Positions 8,071 to 17,163 of a stretch of 64,000 nt of DNA are shown here, one piece after another. A program made the translations under genes and the position numbers. The stretch's first letter is position 1. Each line of letters opens with the position of its first letter. The notes beneath the pieces were generated by a model. The model had not been told where the DNA came from, made no database searches, and was given only the letters and a program-made list of their open reading frames with translations. The DNA is taken from IMG/VR virus record IMGVR_UViG_2744054895_000001, positions 30,790 to 94,789 of that record, one strand, 5' to 3'. The DNA is from a virus (taxonomy: Duplodnaviria > Caudoviricetes).

Positions 8071-10829
8071 AGGCTCCGTTCGAGCAGGCCGAAGTACGTT
8101 CCGTCAGGCGTGGTCTGGGAGATCGAGGCCAGCCTTTTGGGAGCAATGCCTGGGGCGGTGTACTGGTAGACCTCGACCAGGTTCGAGGCGTGGTTGACGT
8201 AGATGCGTCCGCCGTCTGGGATTTCCGGCCAGGTCGCCATGACGGTGACGGTGCCGCTGACGGTCTTGGTAAGTCGGGTTCGGGATGCCATCCAGAAGCT
8301 GGTGGCGTTGCTGTTGGAGCGGAAGACGATCCCGTGCTCTGCGGCGGAACCTCGTCGTGGCCTGCTCATGAACGTGATGTAGAAGCGCCAGTCGCCGATA
8401 GGGGCAGCCCCCGGCATCTGATTCAGCGCCCAGATGGTGTATGGAGTGCTGCTTGGGGTGACCGGGGACAACATGCCGTCCGAGACGACCCACGTACCGC
8501 TCGTCGTCCAGGCGGATGGGCTTGACCACCGCGTGGAGTAGCTGCGGTCACCGCTGAAGTTGGAGTTGGGCTCGTTGAAGCGTTGGAAGAACGTCTGGGA
8601 GTACACAGCCCCGTCGTTGACGGTGGTGACGAGGTTGCCCTGCTCGTCGTACCAGTCGATGAAGGGGCGCGCGAGACTGCTGGTGGCGCCGGCGAGCAGC
8701 TTGGTGTACGCGGATGCTGTCCAGCTCTGCTGCGCTGAGCCTGCAAAGGACCAGTGGGTGTTGTCCGCCGCGTCTCCGTCCGGCTGCTTGTTACGGGAGT
8801 CGACGCGGGCGACGTAGGCGAAGTTGTTGAACGCTACTCGCTCGCCGGCTATGTAGCTGACCTGGGGGCTCCACTGCGGGATGCGGTTCAGAGGCACGCC
8901 CCAATGCCTGACCATGGTCGGCATGGGCAAGGGGGTGATTCCCTGGGTGTCGGAGACCTCCCACACGTTGCGGTCCGTGCCCGGTTCGACATCCTGGTTC
9001 TTGACGAGCGCTCGCCACACTGTGCCGCTGGTGTCACGGACTAGATTGTCCAGGACGTAGGTGGTGTCGGCTGACCAGGTCCGAGCGGTGGGTGTGCCGA
9101 CCGAGCGCACGCCGAGGGATGCGGCCGCGGTTCCCTGATTGGTGACGGTGGCGGCGTTGTTGTCGGTGTCGGTTCCTGTGACCGCGGTGAGGCCGGCGGC
9201 CACGCTCAGACCGCTGGGGTAGGCGCCTGTCGACAGGTTTCGCAGGCTCCAGGTCGAGGGTGACAGGGTGGTGGGGTTGGTCAGGCGGTCGCCGACGTCG
9301 ATTCGAGTGGCTTCGGTGACCTTGCTCCACCAGCCGCTGCCGTTCACTGGTTCCTGGCCGCGCGAGGGGTCGACGGTGCCGGTGACGACGAAATAGTTGA
9401 AGCCGGCGTTGTCGTCGGTGGCTGCGGCGTTCTTGCCCACGATCTTGGTCGTGAAGGTGTGGGTGCCGGCCGTAAGTGTGTACCGCCCCAGGTAGCGGGT
9501 CTTGGGGGAGGTACGAGGCTTTCCGGCGATGGGGCTCAGGTAGTGGTCGACGGTTCCGATGCTGCTGAGTGCCCCGTCGATGGCGTAGGTCGTCTTGCCG
9601 TAGGCGGTCCCGTCGGTGGCGGTGACGGACAGGTCGTAGACGCCGTCGGCGGCGATCGTGAAGTTGACGGTGACGTAGGAATTCGTAGTGCCGCTGAGTA
9701 CGAGGAACGGCGTGGTGCCGTAGACGAGTGTGCTCCCGCTGGTGCTGCCCGAGCTGGGTGGAGTCTTCTTTACCGTGCCCGAGCTTGCGGCGACCGGCAT
9801 GGTGTCGGCCCGCGTCGAGGTGGTGACCGACTTGATCGCGGTCCACAGAGCACCTTCGTGATCGACGACTTCGCCGCCCTGGTAGGTCAGGTTCGCGTCC
9901 CAGGCGGGGAACTTGGGGTTGGCCCAGTTCGCCTGGTCTTGGTTGAGCATGAGGTTGCCGCTGCCGACGATCTCGACATCCCATCCGGTGAGGATGTTGA
10001 TGAGGTTGGCGATGCCGTCGTCGGTCCCTCGGCTACGGGCCAGAGCGACGGCCTTGTGGGTGTGGACCCGGCGACGGAGGGGCTCGTCGCTGGCCTCGGT
10101 TGAGACCCCGAACTGGTGGGCCAGGCTGTTGATGGCGCTGCTCGGTGCGGTGTCGATGCGGCGGAGGTCCCGCAGGATGCCAGTTTCAGTCGCAATCGTG
10201 TCGAGTTGGTGGCCGAAGACGCTGAGGAACTGAAACAGCTCCGGGTTGGTGACGCCGACTTCGTATCCGGTGACCTCAGTGGTGTCGAGCCTGTAGGCGC
10301 GTGGGATGGACTCGTACAACCGCAGGGCGTAGCCGTGGTCGAGGATGGACAGGCCGGCGGCGGCGCCAGCCCGCACCCAGTTCTCGGTCAGGGTGGTGTG
10401 CTGCCAGTATTCGGTGCTGCTTCCTGGTGTGATGCCGATGCTGCCTGCCACGGCGGCGTAGTTGACGCCGTTGTAGCTGACGACGTCGCCGGTCGTATAC
10501 GTGATGGTGCTCGCCCAGGCCGTGACGCCGAGGAAGATGCCGTAGTAGTAGACGCGGCCCTGGGGCAGGCCGATGTCGTCCCAGGTGCGGCCTGGAGCGC
10601 TCTGCGGAATCTCGGCGATCACTGTGCCGTCGTCTCCGTGCGTGGGCACGCCGAAGGCGTTGCGGACGATCCGTAGGACGCTCCAGGTGTTCTGCGACGC
10701 GGCTCCCCAGGCAAGCTGGATATGGCGGGGGGCAACGGACGTTGCGGTGACCGGCTCGACGCTGTACTGGACCGCGGTGTCGGCGCCGTAGAGGCTCTTG
10801 CCGTAGTAGTCGTAGCCGTACACGGCCAT
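8067..10829 (-). CDS. Baseplate wedge (P2 gpI-like) / tail fibre protein with about 4 CBM5/12-like modules
   Basis: LYESIPRAYR..FLSVFG..LAHQFG..RGTDDGIANLINILTGW; repeated W...Y..G..V...G..W/Y motifs; start MAVYGYDYYG. Confidence 0.7.
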   Translation of the reverse strand: MAVYGYDYYGKSLYGADTAVQYSVEPVTATSVAPRHIQLAWGAASQNTWSVLRIVRNAFGVPTHGDDGTVIAEIPQSAPGRTWDDIGLPQGRVYYYGIFLGVTAWASTITYTTGDVVSYNGVNYAAVAGSIGITPGSSTEYWQHTTLTENWVRAGAAAGLSILDHGYALRLYESIPRAYRLDTTEVTGYEVGVTNPELFQFLSVFGHQLDTIATETGILRDLRRIDTAPSSAINSLAHQFGVSTEASDEPLRRRVHTHKAVALARSRGTDDGIANLINILTGWDVEIVGSGNLMLNQDQANWANPKFPAWDANLTYQGGEVVDHEGALWTAIKSVTTSTRADTMPVAASSGTVKKTPPSSGSTSGSTLVYGTTPFLVLSGTTNSYVTVNFTIAADGVYDLSVTATDGTAYGKTTYAIDGALSSIGTVDHYLSPIAGKPRTSPKTRYLGRYTLTAGTHTFTTKIVGKNAAATDDNAGFNYFVVTGTVDPSRGQEPVNGSGWWSKVTEATRIDVGDRLTNPTTLSPSTWSLRNLSTGAYPSGLSVAAGLTAVTGTDTDNNAATVTNQGTAAASLGVRSVGTPTARTWSADTTYVLDNLVRDTSGTVWRALVKNQDVEPGTDRNVWEVSDTQGITPLPMPTMVRHWGVPLNRIPQWSPQVSYIAGERVAFNNFAYVARVDSRNKQPDGDAADNTHWSFAGSAQQSWTASAYTKLLAGATSSLARPFIDWYDEQGNLVTTVNDGAVYSQTFFQRFNEPNSNFSGDRSYSTRWSSPSAWTTSGTWVVSDGMLSPVTPSSTPYTIWALNQMPGAAPIGDWRFYITFMSRPRRGSAAEHGIVFRSNSNATSFWMASRTRLTKTVSGTVTVMATWPEIPDGGRIYVNHASNLVEVYQYTAPGIAPKRLASISQTTPDGTYFGLLERSL

Positions 10830-10857
10830 GAGGTTGTCTCCCGGGGGTGAGCCGTGT

Positions 10858-11691
10858 TCAGCCCGGCAGCGCCGGATCGAGGTCGTCAATGGGACGGCTG
10901 GTCATGTCCTTGGGCAGCGCGCGGATGTAGGTCAAACCGCACCAGCCCCATGCCGTGAGGTTGCCGACCGGGTTGGGGTAGCTCTTGCGGTTGTGGACGC
11001 GCATGGAGTCCATGTGGCGGATCTGGAGCTGGAGGCGCTCCCCCTGGAACCACTCGCCGGCATAGGTCAGGTCGGCTCGGTGGTAGCCGTGGGTACCGCG
11101 GGGGTTGGTCGACGAGCCGGTGGCAACATCGGTGTCGTGGTCGGAGAGGTACATGCGCGCGTAGCACATGTGGTCCAGCGAGTTGGGGCCCTTGGCGATG
11201 GTGGCGATCAGCCGCGTAGTGATGATCCACCAGCCGGTCTGCGGGCAGGTGAGTGTCGGGCTGGAGTTCCAGGGGAAGAACTTGCCGCCCCGGATGCCGC
11301 TGTCGGTGTACTTCCGGTTCCAGATCACGGGGTGCCAGTCTTTGGTGATGTCCACGTCGAGCTGGTCGACGGTCGGAGGGATGCTGGTGCCGGAGGCCCT
11401 GACCGTGCCGACGGGCAGGTTCCATCCCGTGTGGCTGGCGTCGGCCAGCGCGTTCACGGTGTCGGCGACCTGGTCGTCGTAGCGCTGCATGGCGTCCAGG
11501 CGCGAGGCGACATCCTTGTACTCGTGCTTCTTGCCAGCCGCATCGGTGTAGACCTGCGGCTTGGTGCCGACGACCGTTTCGACACCGGTCAGTTCGTCCT
11601 GAATCTCGTTGACGTCGGCGGCTAGGACGAAGTCCCGGCCGTCCTGGTGAGTTGGGAACGTACGGATCGCGTTGGGGTAGACCTTGCTCAT
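10858..11691 (-). CDS. Putative tail fibre / minor tail protein
   Basis: VLAADVNEIQDELTGVE motif; position after baseplate J. Confidence 0.55.
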   Translation of the reverse strand: MSKVYPNAIRTFPTHQDGRDFVLAADVNEIQDELTGVETVVGTKPQVYTDAAGKKHEYKDVASRLDAMQRYDDQVADTVNALADASHTGWNLPVGTVRASGTSIPPTVDQLDVDITKDWHPVIWNRKYTDSGIRGGKFFPWNSSPTLTCPQTGWWIITTRLIATIAKGPNSLDHMCYARMYLSDHDTDVATGSSTNPRGTHGYHRADLTYAGEWFQGERLQLQIRHMDSMRVHNRKSYPNPVGNLTAWGWCGLTYIRALPKDMTSRPIDDLDPALPG

Positions 11692-11700
11692 CTGGTGTCC

Positions 11701-13206
11701 TTACTGGCCGCCGTCTGCGGTGATGTAGATCTGGCCGGCCACGGGGATCTCCCAGTCGCGGCAGATGATGTCCTGGGCGCCGGTCTGCTGTCCGTCGGCT
11801 CGGGCCAGGAGCGGGATGGTCACGTACTCGACACCGGGAATTCCGTCGAGCAACGCGAAGATCTTGGATGCGGGGATGCGCTGGCCGAATGAGGAACGCT
11901 GGCTGGAGAGGAGGTCCTGCAACGCCTTCTGGGCGGCCAAGACGACGTCTGCGGCTCGGAAGTTGCTGTAGACGCCGAGGACCAGGGGGCTGCTGGCCGA
12001 GCCGATGTTGACGCCGACCAGCGTGCCGGGGACGACATCGACGTAGACCCCGGTCAGGGTGCGGTCCTGGACATAGCGGGCGGTGGCGGTGAGTTGGTCG
12101 TCGGAGGGTACGGCGTTGTCCGCCCCGACGGTGGCGATGGTGATGGAGCTGTAGTGGGCGCCGATCGCCTTCGCCTTGGAGTTGCCTGGCACGGCGAGGG
12201 CCAGGTCCTCGAAGTCGCGCAGGCTCACCGCCCGGTCCTGGGCACGGAATGTTTTGGGCGCGTTGGTGCGGATGGATTCGGTGCTCTCGACTTCTCTGCC
12301 GCCGGTCATGGCGGAGGAGCTGGCGATGTAGACGCCGGCGAGGCCGACGGTGACGTCGATGATCTGATTGGCGTCGATGTTGCCGCGTGCTCCCCCACCG
12401 ACGCGATAGGCGGCGTACACGGGGACGTCGAGGTCAGGGACGGCCCCGAGGGTGCCGTCTCCGAAGGTGACGGTGACCACGCCTGTGTCAGAGCTGGTGA
12501 TGGTGAACACCTGGTCGCTCCCTGTGGTGGTGAGCCGGTCGTTGGTGACCTGCCACTCCACTGGGGAATCGCTGCCGACGAAGACGCGGACGCTGTCGAC
12601 CAGCACCGGGGAGGACGGCAGGGTGAACGCCTGATTCTCCGTCCCGTCGGATGTGCCCAGACTCTCCACCAGGATGAGCGTCTCGGTCGCGGTGCCCGCG
12701 CCGATCGTGATGGTCTGCGAGCCGGCAGTTGCTCCTTCGGTGACGCGTGCTGTGACGGACCCGCTTTGTCCCGGCACCGTGACTGCATCGTCGAGCTCGA
12801 ACGTGAGTGGGGCGTCCAGGCTCTCAATGAAGGCGGTGGTCACCTGCGTTCCGGCGGGGATGAAGACGTCTGTGGTCTGCGTGGCCTCGGTGGCGAAGGT
12901 GACTGTGCCGGTGGCGGGTGCCGCTGCGGCCGGTGTGTAGCCGATGATCGCGGCATGCGCGAGGACGGAGGACCGCTGCGTCGCGGTTTCCAGGAAGGCT
13001 TCTCGTGCCGCGGCGTCTTGGTAGTAGCTCAGGACGTCGCCCATGTACGCGAAGAGGTTGACGAGCAGAACGCCGAAGTCTGACGTGTTCCGGCCGGACC
13101 ATTCCGGGTACACACGTGCGGCGTGGTCGAGCATGGCCTGCCGGAAGCCCTCGAAGTCTTTCGAGGTGTAATCGATAGCCGGCGAGCTGGAAGTCAGATC
13201 CGCCAC
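11701..13206 (-). CDS. Baseplate J / gp47 family protein
   Basis: IDYTSKDFEGFR..PEWS..DFGVLL..EAFLETATQRSS; YRVGGGARGN; RAVSLRDFEDLA. Confidence 0.92.
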   Translation of the reverse strand: MADLTSSSPAIDYTSKDFEGFRQAMLDHAARVYPEWSGRNTSDFGVLLVNLFAYMGDVLSYYQDAAAREAFLETATQRSSVLAHAAIIGYTPAAAAPATGTVTFATEATQTTDVFIPAGTQVTTAFIESLDAPLTFELDDAVTVPGQSGSVTARVTEGATAGSQTITIGAGTATETLILVESLGTSDGTENQAFTLPSSPVLVDSVRVFVGSDSPVEWQVTNDRLTTTGSDQVFTITSSDTGVVTVTFGDGTLGAVPDLDVPVYAAYRVGGGARGNIDANQIIDVTVGLAGVYIASSSAMTGGREVESTESIRTNAPKTFRAQDRAVSLRDFEDLALAVPGNSKAKAIGAHYSSITIATVGADNAVPSDDQLTATARYVQDRTLTGVYVDVVPGTLVGVNIGSASSPLVLGVYSNFRAADVVLAAQKALQDLLSSQRSSFGQRIPASKIFALLDGIPGVEYVTIPLLARADGQQTGAQDIICRDWEIPVAGQIYITADGGQ

Positions 13207-13295
13207 GGTGCGTTACTCCTGAATTGGGACAGGGGAATGGGTCCCAATTAGTGCACCGTATGGAGATCAGTTTATGAGGCGAGGAATCCCGAGTG

Positions 13296-14414
13296 TTAGA
13301 GGGTGCCGCCGACCACGTGCCCGCCGGGCATGATGTGTACGCTTTCGGTCTGCTCCACGTCTGTCCCCGGCGTGGTGGTCAGGGCGACGTCGACTTCGAC
13401 GTCCACGATGCCCTCCTGGTCGTCGTTGACGACCGGCCGGATGCCTGTGATGACGGCGTCCGGCTCCCACCGTGCCATGGCGTCGCGTACCGCGTCGTTG
13501 ATGATGGCTGCGGCGATCGGATCGCTGGGACGGAACAGAGCAGCGGATATGTTGGAGCCGAACGCGGGCTCGCCTACGTACTCACCGGGCACGGTGGCCA
13601 CCACGGCGCGTGAGCGCTGGACGAGCATCTTGTCGGGATCGGTAAGGACGGCCACCCTGCCCATGGCGTCGAGCTGGAACGGCATGCGCATTTGAACGGT
13701 GCCGCCGCCGGGGTAGCCGGCGACACTGGTGACTGTTGAAGGGTCCGCGACGGGCTGGAGCATCGAGCTACTGGTGGGACGTCCTTGCGGCCACGTCTCG
13801 GCGATGGCGGCCATGACCGCTGAGGCGTAGGTGTAGAAGGCGTCGGTACGCCGGGAGGCGTCAGCGATCGACGCGATCTTCAAGTCTCCGCCGAGGTAGA
13901 AGCTCTCCCGCAGGCTCTGGCTCAGTTCGAGCTGGACGCCTTGGCCGCGAAGGTTGCGGTTGGCGATGTTCAGGGGGTCGTTGCCGTCGAGCTCTTGCGG
14001 GGCCGCGGACACCGTGAAGCCTGCCGCCGTGAGTCGCTGCGCTATCGCGTCCCCGAGTTCTGTGTCGCGTCCGCCGAGATAGGTAACCGGGTCGGTACCG
14101 CTGGCCCCGTGCCAGGCCACCGTCCATTCGGCGGCGCGAAGGACCCGGAAGACCGTCGGCTCATCGAATCGGGTGCTGGTGATGTGCAGCGCTGTATTAC
14201 CGCTGCTCATGAGGCCCTGGAACGAGTAGAACGCGTTGTTGCTGGTGGAGGCGCAGTAGTCGGCGAGTTGCGTGGTGGGGGCCTCTATCGCACCGCCGTG
14301 GATGGCGATGTGCGCGCCACGCGCTCCGCTGACGATCCGCGACGATATGAGGTAGTCCGTGCCGAGGGCCTTGTTCGCGGCCAGGTCAGGGTAATTGGAG
14401 TAGGTGTCGGCCAA
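13296..14414 (-). CDS. Poly-gamma-glutamate hydrolase-family domain fused to gp25/GpW baseplate wedge domain
   Basis: AIHGGAIE, LHITSTRFDEP, WHG, GVQLELS in the N-terminal part; MPFQLDAMGRVA..TVPGEYVGEPAFGS..RWEP in the C-terminal part. Confidence 0.8.
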   Translation of the reverse strand: MADTYSNYPDLAANKALGTDYLISSRIVSGARGAHIAIHGGAIEAPTTQLADYCASTSNNAFYSFQGLMSSGNTALHITSTRFDEPTVFRVLRAAEWTVAWHGASGTDPVTYLGGRDTELGDAIAQRLTAAGFTVSAAPQELDGNDPLNIANRNLRGQGVQLELSQSLRESFYLGGDLKIASIADASRRTDAFYTYASAVMAAIAETWPQGRPTSSSMLQPVADPSTVTSVAGYPGGGTVQMRMPFQLDAMGRVAVLTDPDKMLVQRSRAVVATVPGEYVGEPAFGSNISAALFRPSDPIAAAIINDAVRDAMARWEPDAVITGIRPVVNDDQEGIVDVEVDVALTTTPGTDVEQTESVHIMPGGHVVGGTL

Positions 14415-14425
14415 GGGGCTGGTCC

Positions 14426-15106
14426 TTAAGTGATGATGCCCAGGTGTACCCGCGCGTTGACGTAAAAGGCGTCCCCTGCGTTTCGGGTGAAGCCGACGGG
14501 CTTGTCGAAGTGCACATCGCCGACGGTGTTCACGTAGCCCAAGCTGGTGACGTACGTGCCGTCAGCCTGTATCTCTATGGCTGGGTAGCAGACCCGGTAG
14601 TTGGGGTTGTAGAAGCCATCGGGCAGGGTGAACGCTGTTGCCGCCGCTGCTGGGTCGGTGACGGTAAGGGCACCGCACAGGTGCAGGTTGCCCCAGGCAT
14701 CCCGGCGGAACTGGATGGGCTGGACTCCTGTGACTCCGGCGAACGCGGTGGTCGTTGCCCAGTTCGCTTCCATGACCGGGTTCGTCCAGTGATCACTGCT
14801 GAGCAGTGGGTTGGCGGCCGACACGGTCATGCCGTCGACGGCACCTGCGGCAATCTGAGCCCCTGCGATCAGGCCGGGTTCGGCCGTCCAGTACACCAGC
14901 CGGGCGCCTCCGCCATCGAACGCTGTCCAGACTCGTTCTCCCACGGCCGCCTGCCGGGTGACAGCCCCTGTGGGGTGGGCCCATCCGGTAACCGATTCAC
15001 CGGAGACCTGCGGGACACGCAGACGCACTCGTCCCAGCCCCTGCGGATCCTGGGCGTGCGTGACGACGGCTGCATAGACGTCGCTACCCTTTGAGGTCAG
15101 CGCCAT
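14426..15106 (-). CDS. Baseplate spike, gp5/VgrG OB-fold protein
   Basis: YAAVVTHAQDPQGLGRVRLRVPQV..WA..VGERVWTAFDGG. Confidence 0.85.
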   Translation of the reverse strand: MALTSKGSDVYAAVVTHAQDPQGLGRVRLRVPQVSGESVTGWAHPTGAVTRQAAVGERVWTAFDGGGARLVYWTAEPGLIAGAQIAAGAVDGMTVSAANPLLSSDHWTNPVMEANWATTTAFAGVTGVQPIQFRRDAWGNLHLCGALTVTDPAAAATAFTLPDGFYNPNYRVCYPAIEIQADGTYVTSLGYVNTVGDVHFDKPVGFTRNAGDAFYVNARVHLGIIT

Positions 15107-15108
15107 GG

Positions 15109-16278
15109 TTACGCCCTTCCCACGTGCTGAGCGCGCCAGCGGCCATCGATCAGAGTGGTGCCTGGTGGGATTTCGCCGACCCGACCAGCCTTGAGGATCG
15201 AGTCGAGTCCGTCGATGCGGTTGCGACCGAGGGTGGTATCGGTCCAGTACACCCCAGACGCTGGCTGGTTCGGGGTGACGGAGATGCGGTGCGTGGTTGA
15301 GCGCACCATCCACAGCCCCGAGTCGTTGGGCCCGAGCGCGCTGCCAGCCACTTCCAGCTCCGTGCCGGGACGCACACGCGCGTCTCCGAGCACCGTGGCC
15401 TCTGCGTGCACCCACAAGCGCTCGCGGCGGACTTCGGCGGCGAGGATCTCGGATGCCTCTGCCTGGGTGGTGAAGGGCCGCCCGGTGCTGTACTGGGTCA
15501 CCGTGGCGTCTTGTGTGCCTTCAGCCACGACACGGACGAGCGCTCCCGTAGCGCTGTTGAATGAGTAGCCCTCGCGCCGGGTGCGCATACCGCCGAGTGG
15601 ATCCAACTGCCCAGCGGTGGACTTCCAGGTCTTGACTGTGTCGCCCCGGTGCCTGGCGTACTGAAATGCCGGAAGGTCCTCCCCTGTCTCGCGGAGGGAC
15701 ACCAGGGGATCTGTGAACGCGATGGTCGTGCCGCGGGGCGTCATCCGGTAGCCGACCTCGTCGGCCAGGTCTCGCAGGAAGGTGAAGTCGGAGGTGGCGC
15801 GCTGTGGGATGGTTTCGAACAACCGGCTTCCCTGCTGCACTTGTGGCCGCAGGCCAGCACTGCGGGTGATCGTTCGCGCGATATATGAGGCGGTTGCCGA
15901 CGACCACAGACGGTTGACCTGCGACTGCATGTGGTACGTCGGACCGATGCAGGTGTAGACGACGGGCACCTGCACAGACGAGGTGGCCGACTGGTGGAAG
16001 TCGCTGCCCTTCACCGAGACCGAGGTCACATAGCCGTAGTACAGGGCAGCATTGACCGAGTCGCCGAAGCTCAGCGCTACGGGTGTGCCCTCGGGCATGA
16101 CGCCTGCCGCGTCCAGGGACCAGCCCGACATGCTGGAGCCACGCTGCACCTCGTGAATCACCGTGATCTGCGCAACCTCGTGGAGTGACTCTCCCTGGCT
16201 GATCACGGCATCGGTGACCCACTTCCTCCCGCTCAGCGCCGGAGTTGCCAGGGATATGCTCGGCCACTTGCTAGACAA
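15109..16278 (-). CDS. Baseplate hub (gpD/gp27, VgrG-related)
   Basis: QRATSDFTFLRDLADEVGY; GDARVRPG..SGLWMV...HRI. Confidence 0.85.
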   Translation of the reverse strand: MSSKWPSISLATPALSGRKWVTDAVISQGESLHEVAQITVIHEVQRGSSMSGWSLDAAGVMPEGTPVALSFGDSVNAALYYGYVTSVSVKGSDFHQSATSSVQVPVVYTCIGPTYHMQSQVNRLWSSATASYIARTITRSAGLRPQVQQGSRLFETIPQRATSDFTFLRDLADEVGYRMTPRGTTIAFTDPLVSLRETGEDLPAFQYARHRGDTVKTWKSTAGQLDPLGGMRTRREGYSFNSATGALVRVVAEGTQDATVTQYSTGRPFTTQAEASEILAAEVRRERLWVHAEATVLGDARVRPGTELEVAGSALGPNDSGLWMVRSTTHRISVTPNQPASGVYWTDTTLGRNRIDGLDSILKAGRVGEIPPGTTLIDGRWRAQHVGRA

Positions 16279-16546
16279 TCGGGATCCTAATTCTTGTGCC
16301 GACGGCTACTTTCGTCCAGTTCAGAACCTGCGGGTTGACGTCTGCTATTCGCCACCACTGGGAGGCATCGCCGTAGTTGCGGTACGACACCAGATCCGCT
16401 CGGTCGCCTTCAGCCCATGCGTAGATCCGTACGGTCGCGGAAACCACACCTGCACTCTTTGGAAGAATCACGTTACGGGATTTGCCGTCACTTCCGGTAA
16501 TAATGGTGGTCACGCTGGATGCGTAACGCGAATTCGCGGAAATCAC
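16271..16546 (-). CDS. Tail X / LysM-like baseplate protein
   Basis: EGDRADLVSYRNYGDASQWWRIADVNP...GTRIRIP; GTG start at 16546. Confidence 0.85.
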   Translation of the reverse strand: MISANSRYASSVTTIITGSDGKSRNVILPKSAGVVSATVRIYAWAEGDRADLVSYRNYGDASQWWRIADVNPQVLNWTKVAVGTRIRIPIV

Positions 16547-17163
16547 GATCCCTCCTTGAGCTGCAACTCCACCGACACGGTCATCGCGCACCGCTGAGGA
16601 ACCATCTGGCTGGTGAAGTGCGTGTATTCGATGGACAACGACGACACGTACCCGTAGTAGGAAAGGGCAGCATTCGACGTCGGGCCACCGAAGTAGAACA
16701 TGCACGGAAGCGACTGCATCGGCTGGATCTTCTTCGCGTTCGCGCCCTTCGCTGTGTCGTCGTACACGCCCGTGACGTAGTAGAACGCGTCCACGTCGGC
16801 GAGGACGCCACGGACTTCCGCGCCCTCACTGGAAACACCGTTCTTCCCGAAGCCCCCCGTCAGCTCGTACGTGCGGTCGTAGAGCAGGCTGAACGAGAGC
16901 TGCCCGATCCCGGAGGCCCCGAGATAGTTGCCGTCTGTGGAACGCTGGTCCGCCGAGAGGACCGCGCTGGCACTGTGGCTGACGCTGATCGTGGTCGGGT
17001 TGAAGAGGAAGTCCACACGGCGCCCGCTCTTGGCGGACGGGCCGACAAGCGGCGCGCCTTGCAGGATAGCTCCGCGCCAGTATGTCTGCGGGTGCCGCTG
17101 GAGGCCGAGCCGCGGAACGGATGTCATGCGGCTGTCGAACTTCGGATTGCCTTTGACTGCCAT
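16543..17163 (-). CDS. Tube initiator (CIS tube-like) protein
   Basis: FLFNPTTISV..LSFSLLYD..GYVSSLSIEYTHFT...PQRC. Confidence 0.8.
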   Translation of the reverse strand: MAVKGNPKFDSRMTSVPRLGLQRHPQTYWRGAILQGAPLVGPSAKSGRRVDFLFNPTTISVSHSASAVLSADQRSTDGNYLGASGIGQLSFSLLYDRTYELTGGFGKNGVSSEGAEVRGVLADVDAFYYVTGVYDDTAKGANAKKIQPMQSLPCMFYFGGPTSNAALSYYGYVSSLSIEYTHFTSQMVPQRCAMTVSVELQLKEGS

